Shown: positions 8,978 through 17,242 of the stretch, piece by piece
How the letters are laid out: each line of letters opens with the position of its first letter
Numbering within the stretch: the stretch's first letter is position 1
IMG/VR virus record: IMGVR_UViG_3300010206_000038
Span: 1 to 56,164 of that record
Length of the DNA stretch: 56,164 nucleotides
From: a virus
Taxonomy: Duplodnaviria; Caudoviricetes
Strand: one strand, 5' to 3'
Position numbers and translations under genes: made by a program
Notes under the pieces: model-generated
Told to the model about the DNA's origin: nothing
Databases searched by the model: none
The model's input: only the letters and a program-made list of their open reading frames with translations

Positions 8978-9517
8978 TCAGACCTCCACCAGCTTGAGGG
9001 CGATCAACGCCACCACGTCGGCGACGGTCTTGATCCCTTCGGCTTCGTCGTCGGTGATTTCCCGGGCGAATTCGTCCTCGGCCGCCATGACGAGTTCGAC
9101 CTCGTCCAGGCTGTCGGCGCCAAGGTCTTCGACGAGCCGGGCCTCGGGCGACACCTTGTCTTCATCGACGCCAAGGTGTTCGACCAGAATGTTCTTCACG
9201 CGCTCGAAGGTGCTGAGCGGCGTGACCTCCCCGCGCGCCCGGGCCACGACGCGCCGCAGTCTCGCTCCCAATTCAGGCGCGTCCGCATCGGCGGCTTTGT
9301 CCCAGCGGGCCATAACGCTCTCCAGGACATCCAGCATTTCGTCCGACGTCGCGAATAGCGCGGCATTGGCATCGGATGCGGCAGCCCCGCCATACGCCTC
9401 GCACAGAGCGGCAACGATCGCGAGCGGCTGGCTCCCGGTCGAGCCGTCAACCGGCACGATCCACCGATCTGACATGCGCCGCTCGACGCGGAACGGGCCT
9501 TGGGTATGGGTGCCCAT
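8978..9517 (-). CDS. Fusion of a phage HT(P/Q)GP(W/F)-type domain to a C-terminal acyl carrier protein domain
   Basis: C-terminal ~80 aa [16 protein letters not shown]...[21 protein letters not shown]...IKTVAD is AcpP-like with an intact DSL serine. Confidence 0.88.
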   Translation of the reverse strand: MGTHTQGPFRVERRMSDRWIVPVDGSTGSQPLAIVAALCEAYGGAAASDANAALFATSDEMLDVLESVMARWDKAADADAPELGARLRRVVARARGEVTPLSTFERVKNILVEHLGVDEDKVSPEARLVEDLGADSLDEVELVMAAEDEFAREITDDEAEGIKTVADVVALIALKLVEV

Positions 9518-9522
9518 CGCCC

Positions 9523-9987
9523 TTACTCCGCCGCCAGGGTGGTCGGGGCCGTCGCCTCGCGGGCGGCACGGATCACGTTGCGGATGCTGTGGCGGGCGTA
9601 GGGCGGCAACGCCATGTAGTCGCGCGCAAGGTCGAGCACTTCCCGTCGGGCCAGCGGGTCGATCGGCATAACGACCGAGACCGCGTCTCCGGTGACAACG
9701 CGGGCCGGGCTGGAATTGGACACCGCATCGGGCATGTCGTCGAAAAAGAACGACACCGGAACGTCGAGAACCCGGGCCAGATCGAACAGCCGGGACGCGC
9801 CGATCCGGTTCGCGCCGCGCTCGTATTTTTGGACCTGCTGGAAGGACATCCCCAATGCGGCGGACAATGCCTGCTGGCTGAGTCCGAGCAACGTCCGGCG
9901 CAGTCGCATGCGGTTTCCGACATGGATATCGACCGGATTTGCGCTGCCGTCGTCAAGGCGTCCACGGGTGGTGCGGGTGGTGGTCAT
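9523..9987 (-). CDS. XRE-family HTH regulator of the alphaproteobacterial NPVDIHVG type
   Basis: [22 protein letters not shown]...[20 protein letters not shown]. Confidence 0.9.
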   Translation of the reverse strand: MTTTRTTRGRLDDGSANPVDIHVGNRMRLRRTLLGLSQQALSAALGMSFQQVQKYERGANRIGASRLFDLARVLDVPVSFFFDDMPDAVSNSSPARVVTGDAVSVVMPIDPLARREVLDLARDYMALPPYARHSIRNVIRAAREATAPTTLAAE

Positions 9988-10079
9988 CGCTTTTCCCTCC
10001 ATTCCGGGGCCAATCGCCCCTGACTCCTCTGGCCCCGCTGCCGATTCGCACGGCATGCGGGGTTGGCTGGGCGGAGCGG

Positions 10080-10319
10080 TCAGATGGTGAGAACGGCGCG
10101 GTCGATGTCGAGCCACTGGCCTTCGCGGTAGGCACCGTCGGCCGCGATGGTAGGCTCAACGAAAACGCGGGGTGTCCCGGCCAGATAAGTCGTCACCGCC
10201 GTGATGACGCCGGAAAAGCCGGTGATGCGATCGGTCACCGTGTCGCCAAGGATGACGGCGCCGTTGGCCTCACCGCTGGTAGCGGGGCTTTTTGTGCAAA
10301 CGTCCGACTGGCTTTCCAT
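10080..10319 (-). CDS. First gene of the leftward operon, hypothetical
   Basis: LGDTVTDRITGFSGVITA motif; exact start uncertain. Confidence 0.6.
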   Translation of the reverse strand: MESQSDVCTKSPATSGEANGAVILGDTVTDRITGFSGVITAVTTYLAGTPRVFVEPTIAADGAYREGQWLDIDRAVLTI

Positions 10320-10374
10320 CTTGGTCTCTCTCCATGTCCCGCGAGCGGGCCAGCCGGGGTTGGCTGATGTGAGG

Positions 10375-10416
10375 ATCATGCTGCATACTTGCATCGTTAG
10401 TCAATGCATAAATGCA
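10375..10416 (-). promoter_or_regulatory. pL promoter with left operators (TGCA-N4-TGCA x2)
   Basis: Minus strand TTGACT-N18-CATGAT; palindromes at 10382-10393 and 10405-10416. Confidence 0.75.
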
Positions 10417-10505
10417 TTATCGTTTGCAGCCGAATTGCATCGCCACCCGACTCCCCGGATCAGCGTTGGTGCGATATGATTTCGGCTCCCAGTTCGGAGG
10501 ATCGG

Positions 10506-11048
10506 ATGCGCTCTGCTCTTGTTGCCCTTGCTCTGCTTGCCGCCACTCCTGCGCTGGCCGGACAGACCGTCAGCCTTGAGGCGCTATGCTTCACGCCCGG
10601 GGGAGACTGTACGGGGGTGATCGTCGATCAGATCGGCAAGGCCCAGCGCCAGGCGCTTGTGCAGGCGTACAACTTCACCGATCCGGCCATCGTCAAGGCG
10701 CTGATCGATGCCAAACGGCGCGGCGTTGATGTCCAAGTGGTAATCGACCGGGTGAACGTCTGCGCTGAAGACAAGCCGGTTTGCCGGGCATCGGGGGCGG
10801 TTGCGGCCGGGCTGATCGCTCGGGCTGGTATCCCGCTGTCGATCGACCGGGTCGAGAAGATCGCTCACAATAAGGTAATGGTGATCGACGGACACCGGGT
10901 TATCACCGGCAGCTTCAACTTCAGCCAGAGCGCCCAGAAGGCGAATGCAGAAAATCTGCTGGTGATCGAGGACGAGGCGACCGCCCGCCGCTATGCCGAG
11001 AACTGGCGAGCGCACCAGGGGCACAGCGACCCTTACGCGGCGCGGTGA
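10506..11048 (+). CDS. Secreted phospholipase-D-family nuclease (Nuc-like, single HKD)
   Basis: Signal peptide ending ALA; FTPGG, QAYNFT and HNKVMVID...GSFNFS...NAEN motifs. Confidence 0.9.
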   Translation: MRSALVALALLAATPALAGQTVSLEALCFTPGGDCTGVIVDQIGKAQRQALVQAYNFTDPAIVKALIDAKRRGVDVQVVIDRVNVCAEDKPVCRASGAVAAGLIARAGIPLSIDRVEKIAHNKVMVIDGHRVITGSFNFSQSAQKANAENLLVIEDEATARRYAENWRAHQGHSDPYAAR

Positions 11049-11251
11049 TGATTGCCGATCCCGATATCTGGCGCTCAGCCAAGCTGCTGGTCGATCAGCA
11101 TGGAGCGGATGCGACGTTCCATGCTGCCCAGCGCGCCGACGAGTTGATGTCGGCCGGAGACACCGAGGGCTGGGAGGTATGGAGACGGATCGCCCGTGCG
11201 GTGGATGAATTGCTTCGGGCAAGCCCAAAGCCGGGGGAGCGGTGGCACTGA
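11045..11251 (+). CDS. Small helical protein (DUF6961-like)
   Basis: DIWRSAKLLVDQHG.DA..HAAQRAD.L...GD.EG..VWRRI. Confidence 0.7.
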   Translation: MMIADPDIWRSAKLLVDQHGADATFHAAQRADELMSAGDTEGWEVWRRIARAVDELLRASPKPGERWH

Positions 11252-11254
11252 AAG

Positions 11255-11276
11255 AAAACCCCGCCGAGGCGGGGTT
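11255..11276 (-). terminator. Intrinsic terminator between convergent genes
   Basis: AACCCCGCC-GA-GGCGGGGTT stem; the A-run on + gives a U-tail on -. Confidence 0.75.
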
Positions 11277-11354
11277 GGGGGCTTACGCGGGATGCGGGTT
11301 AGTGGGACACCACCACCCTGGCGATGGCAAAGACTAAGCCGTCATAGTTCCCCC

Positions 11355-12278
11355 TTAAATTAGCGGCGGGGGTGATGATGGCAAATTTCTTTTCAATTCA
11401 TTAATTTCATCACGACCAATCCAGTTTTCACTTATATATTTCTTGTATTTGTCAAAATCAGTCGCAATGACCATGGACGAAGCGCGCATTCCTGTGTTAG
11501 GAATAACCTTACTGAATTCAATAATGTTTATCGTCCTTTTTTTCCATGGTGTAAGTACAAGCTTTATATTCATGTTAATGGGGATTGACTTTAGTTCGAA
11601 GAATTTTCCACTTTCGCCATTAACCTCTATTTCAGCGCCAAATTTTTCAGCGAATAGACGCGCCATATACACAAGTGATGTTGCCGCGCGCGTGTCGATC
11701 ACGTGGCCATAAATACGCCAAGCTTGACGCACGGTCAGCATCATTCCATCTCGGCCTGCAATTACTAAAAGACCGAAATTGCGTGCAGGGAATCTGTTGG
11801 TAAATACCCTGAAAAACATTGACACCAGTGGCTGGTCTTTAGGGTCGTTTCCGCGCCCATAATGTTGTTGTCTATCAGGCAATCGAATGGTCGCGGTGAT
11901 TAAGTCACGTTCGAGCAGACTAAATTTTCCAAGATTTTCCAGCAGTTGCGGATCGATAAATATTTCATACATGTCAGGAGGCAGGTCACCACGCTCGGCT
12001 AAGCGCAGCAAGGCGGCCTCAGTATCGATCGGCCCCGTCAATTCATCAGCGGCAGTATCCAGATAGTCACTAAGACGGGCGACAGTTTCCCCTGATTCGT
12101 CATCCTCGGTCGCTCCAATCTTTCGCCGCGCCTCGGCGATAAGATGTGATCGGATATCCATTTCATTTGCCACGACGGGCTCAGCTGATGGATTGCCGCG
12201 CTGATCCAAAGACAGGCAAGCCCTTGCCAACACCCCGACTGCGGCGTCCTTATCCAAATGGGCGAGAGATTTCAGCAT
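11355..12278 (-). CDS. AT-rich hypothetical protein, 307 aa (candidate defence effector)
   Basis: Long ORF, visibly AT-richer than flanks; GGAGG RBS; 3 bp from the upstream gene. Confidence 0.8.
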   Translation of the reverse strand: MLKSLAHLDKDAAVGVLARACLSLDQRGNPSAEPVVANEMDIRSHLIAEARRKIGATEDDESGETVARLSDYLDTAADELTGPIDTEAALLRLAERGDLPPDMYEIFIDPQLLENLGKFSLLERDLITATIRLPDRQQHYGRGNDPKDQPLVSMFFRVFTNRFPARNFGLLVIAGRDGMMLTVRQAWRIYGHVIDTRAATSLVYMARLFAEKFGAEIEVNGESGKFFELKSIPINMNIKLVLTPWKKRTINIIEFSKVIPNTGMRASSMVIATDFDKYKKYISENWIGRDEINELKRNLPSSPPPLI

Positions 12279-12281
12279 GGC

Positions 12282-12779
12282 CTACCTCCTCCTCACCTCG
12301 ATAATGTCAAATTCGTGCCGCCGCAAATCGCGAATCTGCAACTCTTCACCCTGGCTGGCGCGTTGACCTCTGGGCACACGAATCAGCCGTGACTGCACCA
12401 GATTCCTAGGGATAACATATACGACCGGAGTCCATATTGTCCAAGATGTCGCGCGGATCTCCGCGAAGATCTCATCCCGGTCAGTGTCTGATATCATCCC
12501 CCTGGAATACCAATCGCGAGCCAGACGCTTAAATGTTTTACGATATCCGCTAATTAGCGGACTGTGATCGTCCGGTCGGTCCACTGTATCGCGCCATGCC
12601 GTCTCGTAAATTTCAGCGGGGCTCGAACTTGCCGGAATCATCGAACCGGGGGAGCCGTGTGCGGCCATACGGGGATCAAACCACTCCGATACCCAAGCAA
12701 AATAGACATGGTTTCTATGCCGTCCTGTCAAATCGACTGCGAAACGTGGATTGGTTGAATAAAGAACTGGTGATGTCAT
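12282..12779 (-). CDS. AT-rich hypothetical protein, 165 aa
   Basis: ORF tightly coupled to the 307-aa gene. Confidence 0.8.
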   Translation of the reverse strand: MTSPVLYSTNPRFAVDLTGRHRNHVYFAWVSEWFDPRMAAHGSPGSMIPASSSPAEIYETAWRDTVDRPDDHSPLISGYRKTFKRLARDWYSRGMISDTDRDEIFAEIRATSWTIWTPVVYVIPRNLVQSRLIRVPRGQRASQGEELQIRDLRRHEFDIIEVRRR

Positions 12780-12852
12780 GGTTTTGTCATTCTTGACACA
12801 GCGACGGCAGCTTTTCCTGATCTAATACATCTCATTCTCATCCCTATACTCC

Positions 12853-13035
12853 TCAATCCCTCTCCGGTTCCCGCCTCAACCGCCGGACCTCCGCCGTCAG
12901 CTTCGGCGCCGCGGTGGCCAGGATTGACACCAGCCGGGCAAACTCGGTCAGATCGCCGTGGCCATCCCATGCCGCAATCCGCCGCGCCACGTCATCGACC
13001 ATATCGAGGTAGGTGGAGTCGAGGGGCTCGGCCAC
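12853..13035 (-). CDS. Small phage protein
   Basis: GGAGG RBS before GTG; LTAEVRRLR motif. Confidence 0.55.
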   Translation of the reverse strand: MAEPLDSTYLDMVDDVARRIAAWDGHGDLTEFARLVSILATAAPKLTAEVRRLRREPERD

Positions 13036-13037
13036 GG

Positions 13038-13238
13038 TCACTTCCTCCCACACGCACACCCCGGCGGTTTGTGGCACTGCTTGGCCCTGCTGATGCAGCT
13101 ATTGCCGCACGGCTTCCCCTTCGAGCAGACCTTGCAGCAATACGCACCCTCGGCTGGCGTCGGGCCGCGCGCCATGGCTGGGGATGCCAGCAAGGTAGCC
13201 AGCAGGAACAGAGCGGCGGCGAGAGGACGGATGGTCAT
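13038..13238 (-). CDS. Small secreted Cys-rich protein
   Basis: Signal peptide followed by CCKVCSKGKPCGNSCISRAKQCHKPPGCAC (8 Cys). Confidence 0.8.
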   Translation of the reverse strand: MTIRPLAAALFLLATLLASPAMARGPTPAEGAYCCKVCSKGKPCGNSCISRAKQCHKPPGCACGRK

Positions 13239-13624
13239 GGCGATTTCCTCCGACAATCAACGGGCTCGCAAACGAATAAACCGGCGCTGTTCTGGATTAT
13301 TTCAACGCCATCATCCGTCAGAATGCTGACGGCGATAGGCCGGCCGGGCCGTTCCGTGGCAAGCATATAGCTGGTGCTAGGGCCGCCCAGACCGACCCAA
13401 TGGTATGATGTCCCGTCGCCGTCAGGAGAGGATTTCCCGGCAGATTTGGCGGCAGACCGCAAATCCTGGATAGAATGAAAGCCGCGCAGCTTCTGTGCAA
13501 ATTGAAGCGTAAAGTTGACGGGGGATTCGCGCTCGTTGGACCGGACTTGTTCGCCGAGCGCTAATGATGAAGCGGCGAAGGTCGTGACAACTGCAATGGC
13601 AAGAACGTAACGCCTTTCGATCAT
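13235..13624 (-). CDS. Secreted hypothetical protein
   Basis: N-terminal signal peptide; GGAGG RBS; directly downstream of cI. Confidence 0.7.
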   Translation of the reverse strand: MIERRYVLAIAVVTTFAASSLALGEQVRSNERESPVNFTLQFAQKLRGFHSIQDLRSAAKSAGKSSPDGDGTSYHWVGLGGPSTSYMLATERPGRPIAVSILTDDGVEIIQNSAGLFVCEPVDCRRKSP

Positions 13625-13645
13625 CAGGCCCTCCCAGCAGCGGTC

Positions 13646-14371
13646 TCACTCGTAGGCAACGCCGACAATCTTATGGACGCTCACAACATCCCCTCCCTCC
13701 CAAGACAATTCCTTGGGCGGGTTGAACTGTTGAACAACCAAACGGCCGCCGTTCCGATCCCATGACAGCAAGGTCTTCACGTAGGCCAGCGGCGGTTCGT
13801 GCTCTTCCTTGGGCCGGATCTGGATCACGACATTGTCGCCAGCGCGCGGTTGTTTGTGCGGATGGACGTGCAGCAACCATCCCGGCTCAAACCTGGGCGA
13901 CATCGATTCGCCTGAGACATAGACGCCGTAAGCGCCACGCACCCCGGCGAGCGAGGTCGGGGTTTCCGTATATTCGATGATGCTGCCGTTCATCTCGAAC
14001 GCACCGTCACTGCCGCCCTGGGCTAGGCCATAGACTGGGAGGTTTCGGGCAAGCTGGGACAGCGCCGGAACAGGAACCGGATGGGCCACGAAGGCGTCAT
14101 CGTGGATGGCGGGTGGCGGTATGGGTTCTGGAGAGGCCGCGCCTTTCCATCCCATAAAATTGGGCGGCTCAATTCCCAAGGACGGCGGGACTGCCGCAGC
14201 CAGTTTGGCTAAGGTATCGGACCGCGGGATTGAGGCCGCCTCAGGGTTACCGCGAAGCCGGGTAATGTTCGATGGCGCGGTGCCCGCCTCATTAGCCCAC
14301 CGCGCTGCAGACCATCCCGTCGCGGCGATAACCCGGTCCATCCATTCTTTAATCAGACGTCGCTCACTCAT
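13646..14371 (-). CDS. cI: CI-like repressor (HTH plus S24 autopeptidase)
   Basis: N-terminal HTH; VSGESMSPRF catalytic Ser and YVKTL Lys; divergent from cro. Confidence 0.9.
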   Translation of the reverse strand: MSERRLIKEWMDRVIAATGWSAARWANEAGTAPSNITRLRGNPEAASIPRSDTLAKLAAAVPPSLGIEPPNFMGWKGAASPEPIPPPAIHDDAFVAHPVPVPALSQLARNLPVYGLAQGGSDGAFEMNGSIIEYTETPTSLAGVRGAYGVYVSGESMSPRFEPGWLLHVHPHKQPRAGDNVVIQIRPKEEHEPPLAYVKTLLSWDRNGGRLVVQQFNPPKELSWEGGDVVSVHKIVGVAYE

Positions 14372-14374
14372 GGG

Positions 14375-14454
14375 TGCAATTTTGCACTGATCGGGCAATG
14401 CAATCACGCTGCACGTATGCATTGACTACCGCCCCCTCATCGTGCAAACATGCA
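14375..14454. promoter_or_regulatory. Right operator (three TGCA-N4-TGCA sites) with pR
   Basis: Sites at 14375-14386, 14410-14421 and 14443-14454; TTGACT at 14422-14427. Confidence 0.8.
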
Positions 14455-14456
14455 TC

Positions 14457-14666
14457 ATGCTTACCTACCTCCAACAGATCCAGGCGTGCGCTGACGACCT
14501 TGGGGTTGACCTTCGGAAAGCCTGCAAGGCCGAGGGCATTGCCCTGACTACCCTTATGCGCTGGCACAAAGAGCAGGCGTATCCGAGGGAGCAAACCGCC
14601 AGGGCGTTGATCGAAAGAATCAAGTCCATGGCTCACCCCGCCCCCTCTTCCAGCGAGGCCGCGTGA
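14457..14666 (+). CDS. cro: Cro-like repressor
   Basis: Short HTH (LRKACKAEGIALTTLMRW) divergent from cI. Confidence 0.75.
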   Translation: MLTYLQQIQACADDLGVDLRKACKAEGIALTTLMRWHKEQAYPREQTARALIERIKSMAHPAPSSSEAA

Positions 14667-14723
14667 TGGGCGCCCCTCCCCGCGCCCGCTTCACTTATAG
14701 GGCAAAGACCCTGCTCCGCCGCC

Positions 14724-15116
14724 CTATTGGGCCTTCTTCCGATCAGCGGATAGTGCCAGTGCCACTTGCGACAACTTGTGTGCAAGGGAACGTAACTGCG
14801 TATTTCCCAATGCAAACCCAAGACGACATCCAGCGAGGTCAAGCACAAGAAGCGTCTCTTCAGGCTCTTCCTGGAAGCCAAGACCGTGAACCCTGATCGG
14901 GCCGTAGAAGTCATCCGTTTTTCCGCGCTTCGGGGAAACGCCCTGGCTCGACAGGAAGTCATTGAGTCCGGCGAAGTAGGCCACGAGCGGCCCCACCTCA
15001 TCGACCGGGATCACGATGTCCATTGCAGATCCGTCAGTGAATCCCATCGGGGCAATCACCGTCCCTTGATCGGGGAAGTAGGCCGGGTCCCCAATCCCCT
15101 TAATTTGCCTGATCAT
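14724..15116 (-). CDS. Hypothetical protein inserted antisense in the rightward operon
   Basis: GGAG RBS before MIRQIK; protein-like composition. Confidence 0.6.
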   Translation of the reverse strand: MIRQIKGIGDPAYFPDQGTVIAPMGFTDGSAMDIVIPVDEVGPLVAYFAGLNDFLSSQGVSPKRGKTDDFYGPIRVHGLGFQEEPEETLLVLDLAGCRLGFALGNTQLRSLAHKLSQVALALSADRKKAQ

Positions 15117-15372
15117 GACGATCTCCATGCTGGTTGGTCCGTGGAAGGAAACCAGTATGGCGTGAGCCGGGGCGGGAGTCATTCCCGCCCCGATGCTTGC
15201 TCACTCGTTATCGCTCTCCCGACGCGCCAACGTCGTCTGAGCGTATCCGTCCCGTCCCACCGCTGCGCGCCGCTTGCAAGCCTGGATGCGTTTGGTCGGG
15301 GTCGGGGTCATTTCGTCACCTCAATCGGTAGAACCGATCTGCATGCCAACAAGGTATGCGGAGGTGCCGGGA

Positions 15373-15702
15373 ATGTCTTCTCACCTGATGGGGAAGAAAG
15401 TGTCGATCGCACTTACTGACGACCACATCGCTGATGCTTTTTGCGCCGCCATTGAAGGCCCGGCCGCAAAGGACGTCGCGCGTCGGGCCGGGGTGTCCGA
15501 CGGAGCGGTCAAGAAGTGGCGCCAGCGCAAGGCGTTACCGGGGATCGTCGCCGTCATCAATTTGATGCGGGCTGATGATGCCGTCTTCAACACCATCGTC
15601 GAGCTTGCCGGGCGTGCTCCGGTCGGCGTCACCGAAGACCAGCGCGCCGCAGCGGCGGCCCTGCTCAGACTGTTTGAGGGGCAAGAATGCTCAAGGGGCT
15701 GA
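15373..15702 (+). CDS. HTH protein at the CII position
   Basis: AKDVARRAGVSDGAVKKWRQ HTH; GGAGG RBS. Confidence 0.75.
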   Translation: MSSHLMGKKVSIALTDDHIADAFCAAIEGPAAKDVARRAGVSDGAVKKWRQRKALPGIVAVINLMRADDAVFNTIVELAGRAPVGVTEDQRAAAAALLRLFEGQECSRG

Positions 15703-15887
15703 CGTTTGCCGTGCAGATCCATTGGGGTCTGGTGAGGCCCGGCTATCGCTGGCTCGGCGTGGTCGGGATGCTCGCGATCTATGGCGGCCCATTTGCCCTG
15801 TTGATCGGCCCGTGCGCGCTGACCGTGCGCTTGCACAGGGTCGAGCTTGCCGCGCGGGCGGTGGCTGAATCGGGCGATCCAAGATGA
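15687..15887 (+). CDS. Small hypothetical protein
   Basis: GAGG RBS; overlaps the upstream gene. Confidence 0.5.
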   Translation: MLKGLTFAVQIHWGLVRPGYRWLGVVGMLAIYGGPFALLIGPCALTVRLHRVELAARAVAESGDPR

Positions 15888-16119
15888 GCGTCGCCCCTCA
15901 CTCCACTTCATCGGGGGCCACCCTCCGCCCTGGCGACGTTACCGCGTCGTCCGGAGAAGCCGCAGCGGCGCGGCAGCACGACCGGATACCCCGGCCGAAA
16001 ACAGCGACCCAGCGGGCCGAGCCCCGTCAACCCGTGCCCCCGACCGGTCCCCTTGCCGGTGTCAGAAAGACGGGATGGGCCGCACGCCGCATCTTCAACC
16101 TCCTTCGGAGATCCTGACT

Positions 16120-16341
16120 ATGGGCAACACCGTCCGCATCCCCCTGCACATCAGCCCCGACGACCAGAGCATCGCCGCGAATAGCGCTCGGTACGATTTG
16201 CTCTGCACCATGATGGCGCTCAATCCGAAGGGGTTCCGCGCTCCTCCTGGCGGAAAGCCGGATCACCGCAAGCACGCCCGCAAGCCCGCCGGTGAGGTTT
16301 ATCGCTACGCCGCCCTTGCCCGCGCTTCGATGGGGGCCTGA
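16120..16341 (+). CDS. Small hypothetical protein
   Basis: GGAG RBS before MGNTVRI. Confidence 0.55.
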   Translation: MGNTVRIPLHISPDDQSIAANSARYDLLCTMMALNPKGFRAPPGGKPDHRKHARKPAGEVYRYAALARASMGA

Positions 16342-16343
16342 CC

Positions 16344-16628
16344 ATGGGACGCTTCGACTTTCTGACAGGCGGCGACGATTTCGACCCACGGGACATCGCC
16401 CGGCACCACGGCACCCCTTGGGAAGCTCCTGCCACAACCCTTTCCGCCCACCTCGGCTGGCTGCCGCTGGTGGCTGTTGCCACCGTCGCCATCATCCTGA
16501 CCGTGCCGATTCGGTGGTTCCATGAAATCCGCGAATCGCAGTGGCTCCCGCTGGTGATGGTCGGCCTTGGCGCTGCCATCGTCGGCCTTCTGATTATTGC
16601 GCGCCACCTCGTCGAAGGGGGCCTGTGA
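16344..16628 (+). CDS. Membrane protein (2 TM)
   Basis: Two hydrophobic helices. Confidence 0.65.
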   Translation: MGRFDFLTGGDDFDPRDIARHHGTPWEAPATTLSAHLGWLPLVAVATVAIILTVPIRWFHEIRESQWLPLVMVGLGAAIVGLLIIARHLVEGGL

Positions 16629-17242
16629 TGGGCGCCGCCGCATCCTGCCGACCGGAGCGCCCGCCGGTCCGTGACGTCGAACGCGCCATTCTTGCCGAGG
16701 CGATGGCTACCGGCACGTTCCGCCGCCGTGATGGCTCGATCGGTACCATCCAGCGCATCGCCCCGCTCCCTCTTTGCGACGCGAAGCCGTCCCTCGCCGC
16801 CGAATTGCCCGACCCGCCCCCGCCCCCGCATGACGCTGCGGAGAAACGCGAAAACGGGCAGAACAAACGCCGCTATGTCGGCGGAGAGTGGCACCGAAAG
16901 GTGGCCATGGGCCGTGTCGCGAATGCCCTGAAATTGATCGACGGCGGCGCGTCGATGGATGATGCGGCGGTCAAGGCCGGATATGCCCACCGGGACTCGC
17001 TCGCCAGCGCAATCGCCCGCTATAGCCCTGGCGGCGCGCTTCCGAAACACCTCCACAAGACCCGCCCTCAGCACGTCAAGGCCATTTCCGACGAAATGGT
17101 CGAGCTTGCCGTCGCGCGTCACGCCAGAACGGGCGAGTCCTGGTCGGCAATCGCTCGCGCTGAAGGGATCACCCCACAAGCGTTGAACCGGGCGGTGCTC
17201 GCACTTCACCCCGAACTCAAGACCAAAGGAAAACGGCAATGA
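16628..17242 (+). CDS. Protein with tandem HTH-like motifs
   Basis: SMDDAAVKAGY and SWSAIARAEGITPQAL motifs. Confidence 0.65.
   Translation: MGAAASCRPERPPVRDVERAILAEAMATGTFRRRDGSIGTIQRIAPLPLCDAKPSLAAELPDPPPPPHDAAEKRENGQNKRRYVGGEWHRKVAMGRVANALKLIDGGASMDDAAVKAGYAHRDSLASAIARYSPGGALPKHLHKTRPQHVKAISDEMVELAVARHARTGESWSAIARAEGITPQALNRAVLALHPELKTKGKRQ

Noticed and set aside
10425-10439. Third left-operator site
   Set aside because: TGCA half-sites are spaced by 7 nt rather than 4; at best a weak site
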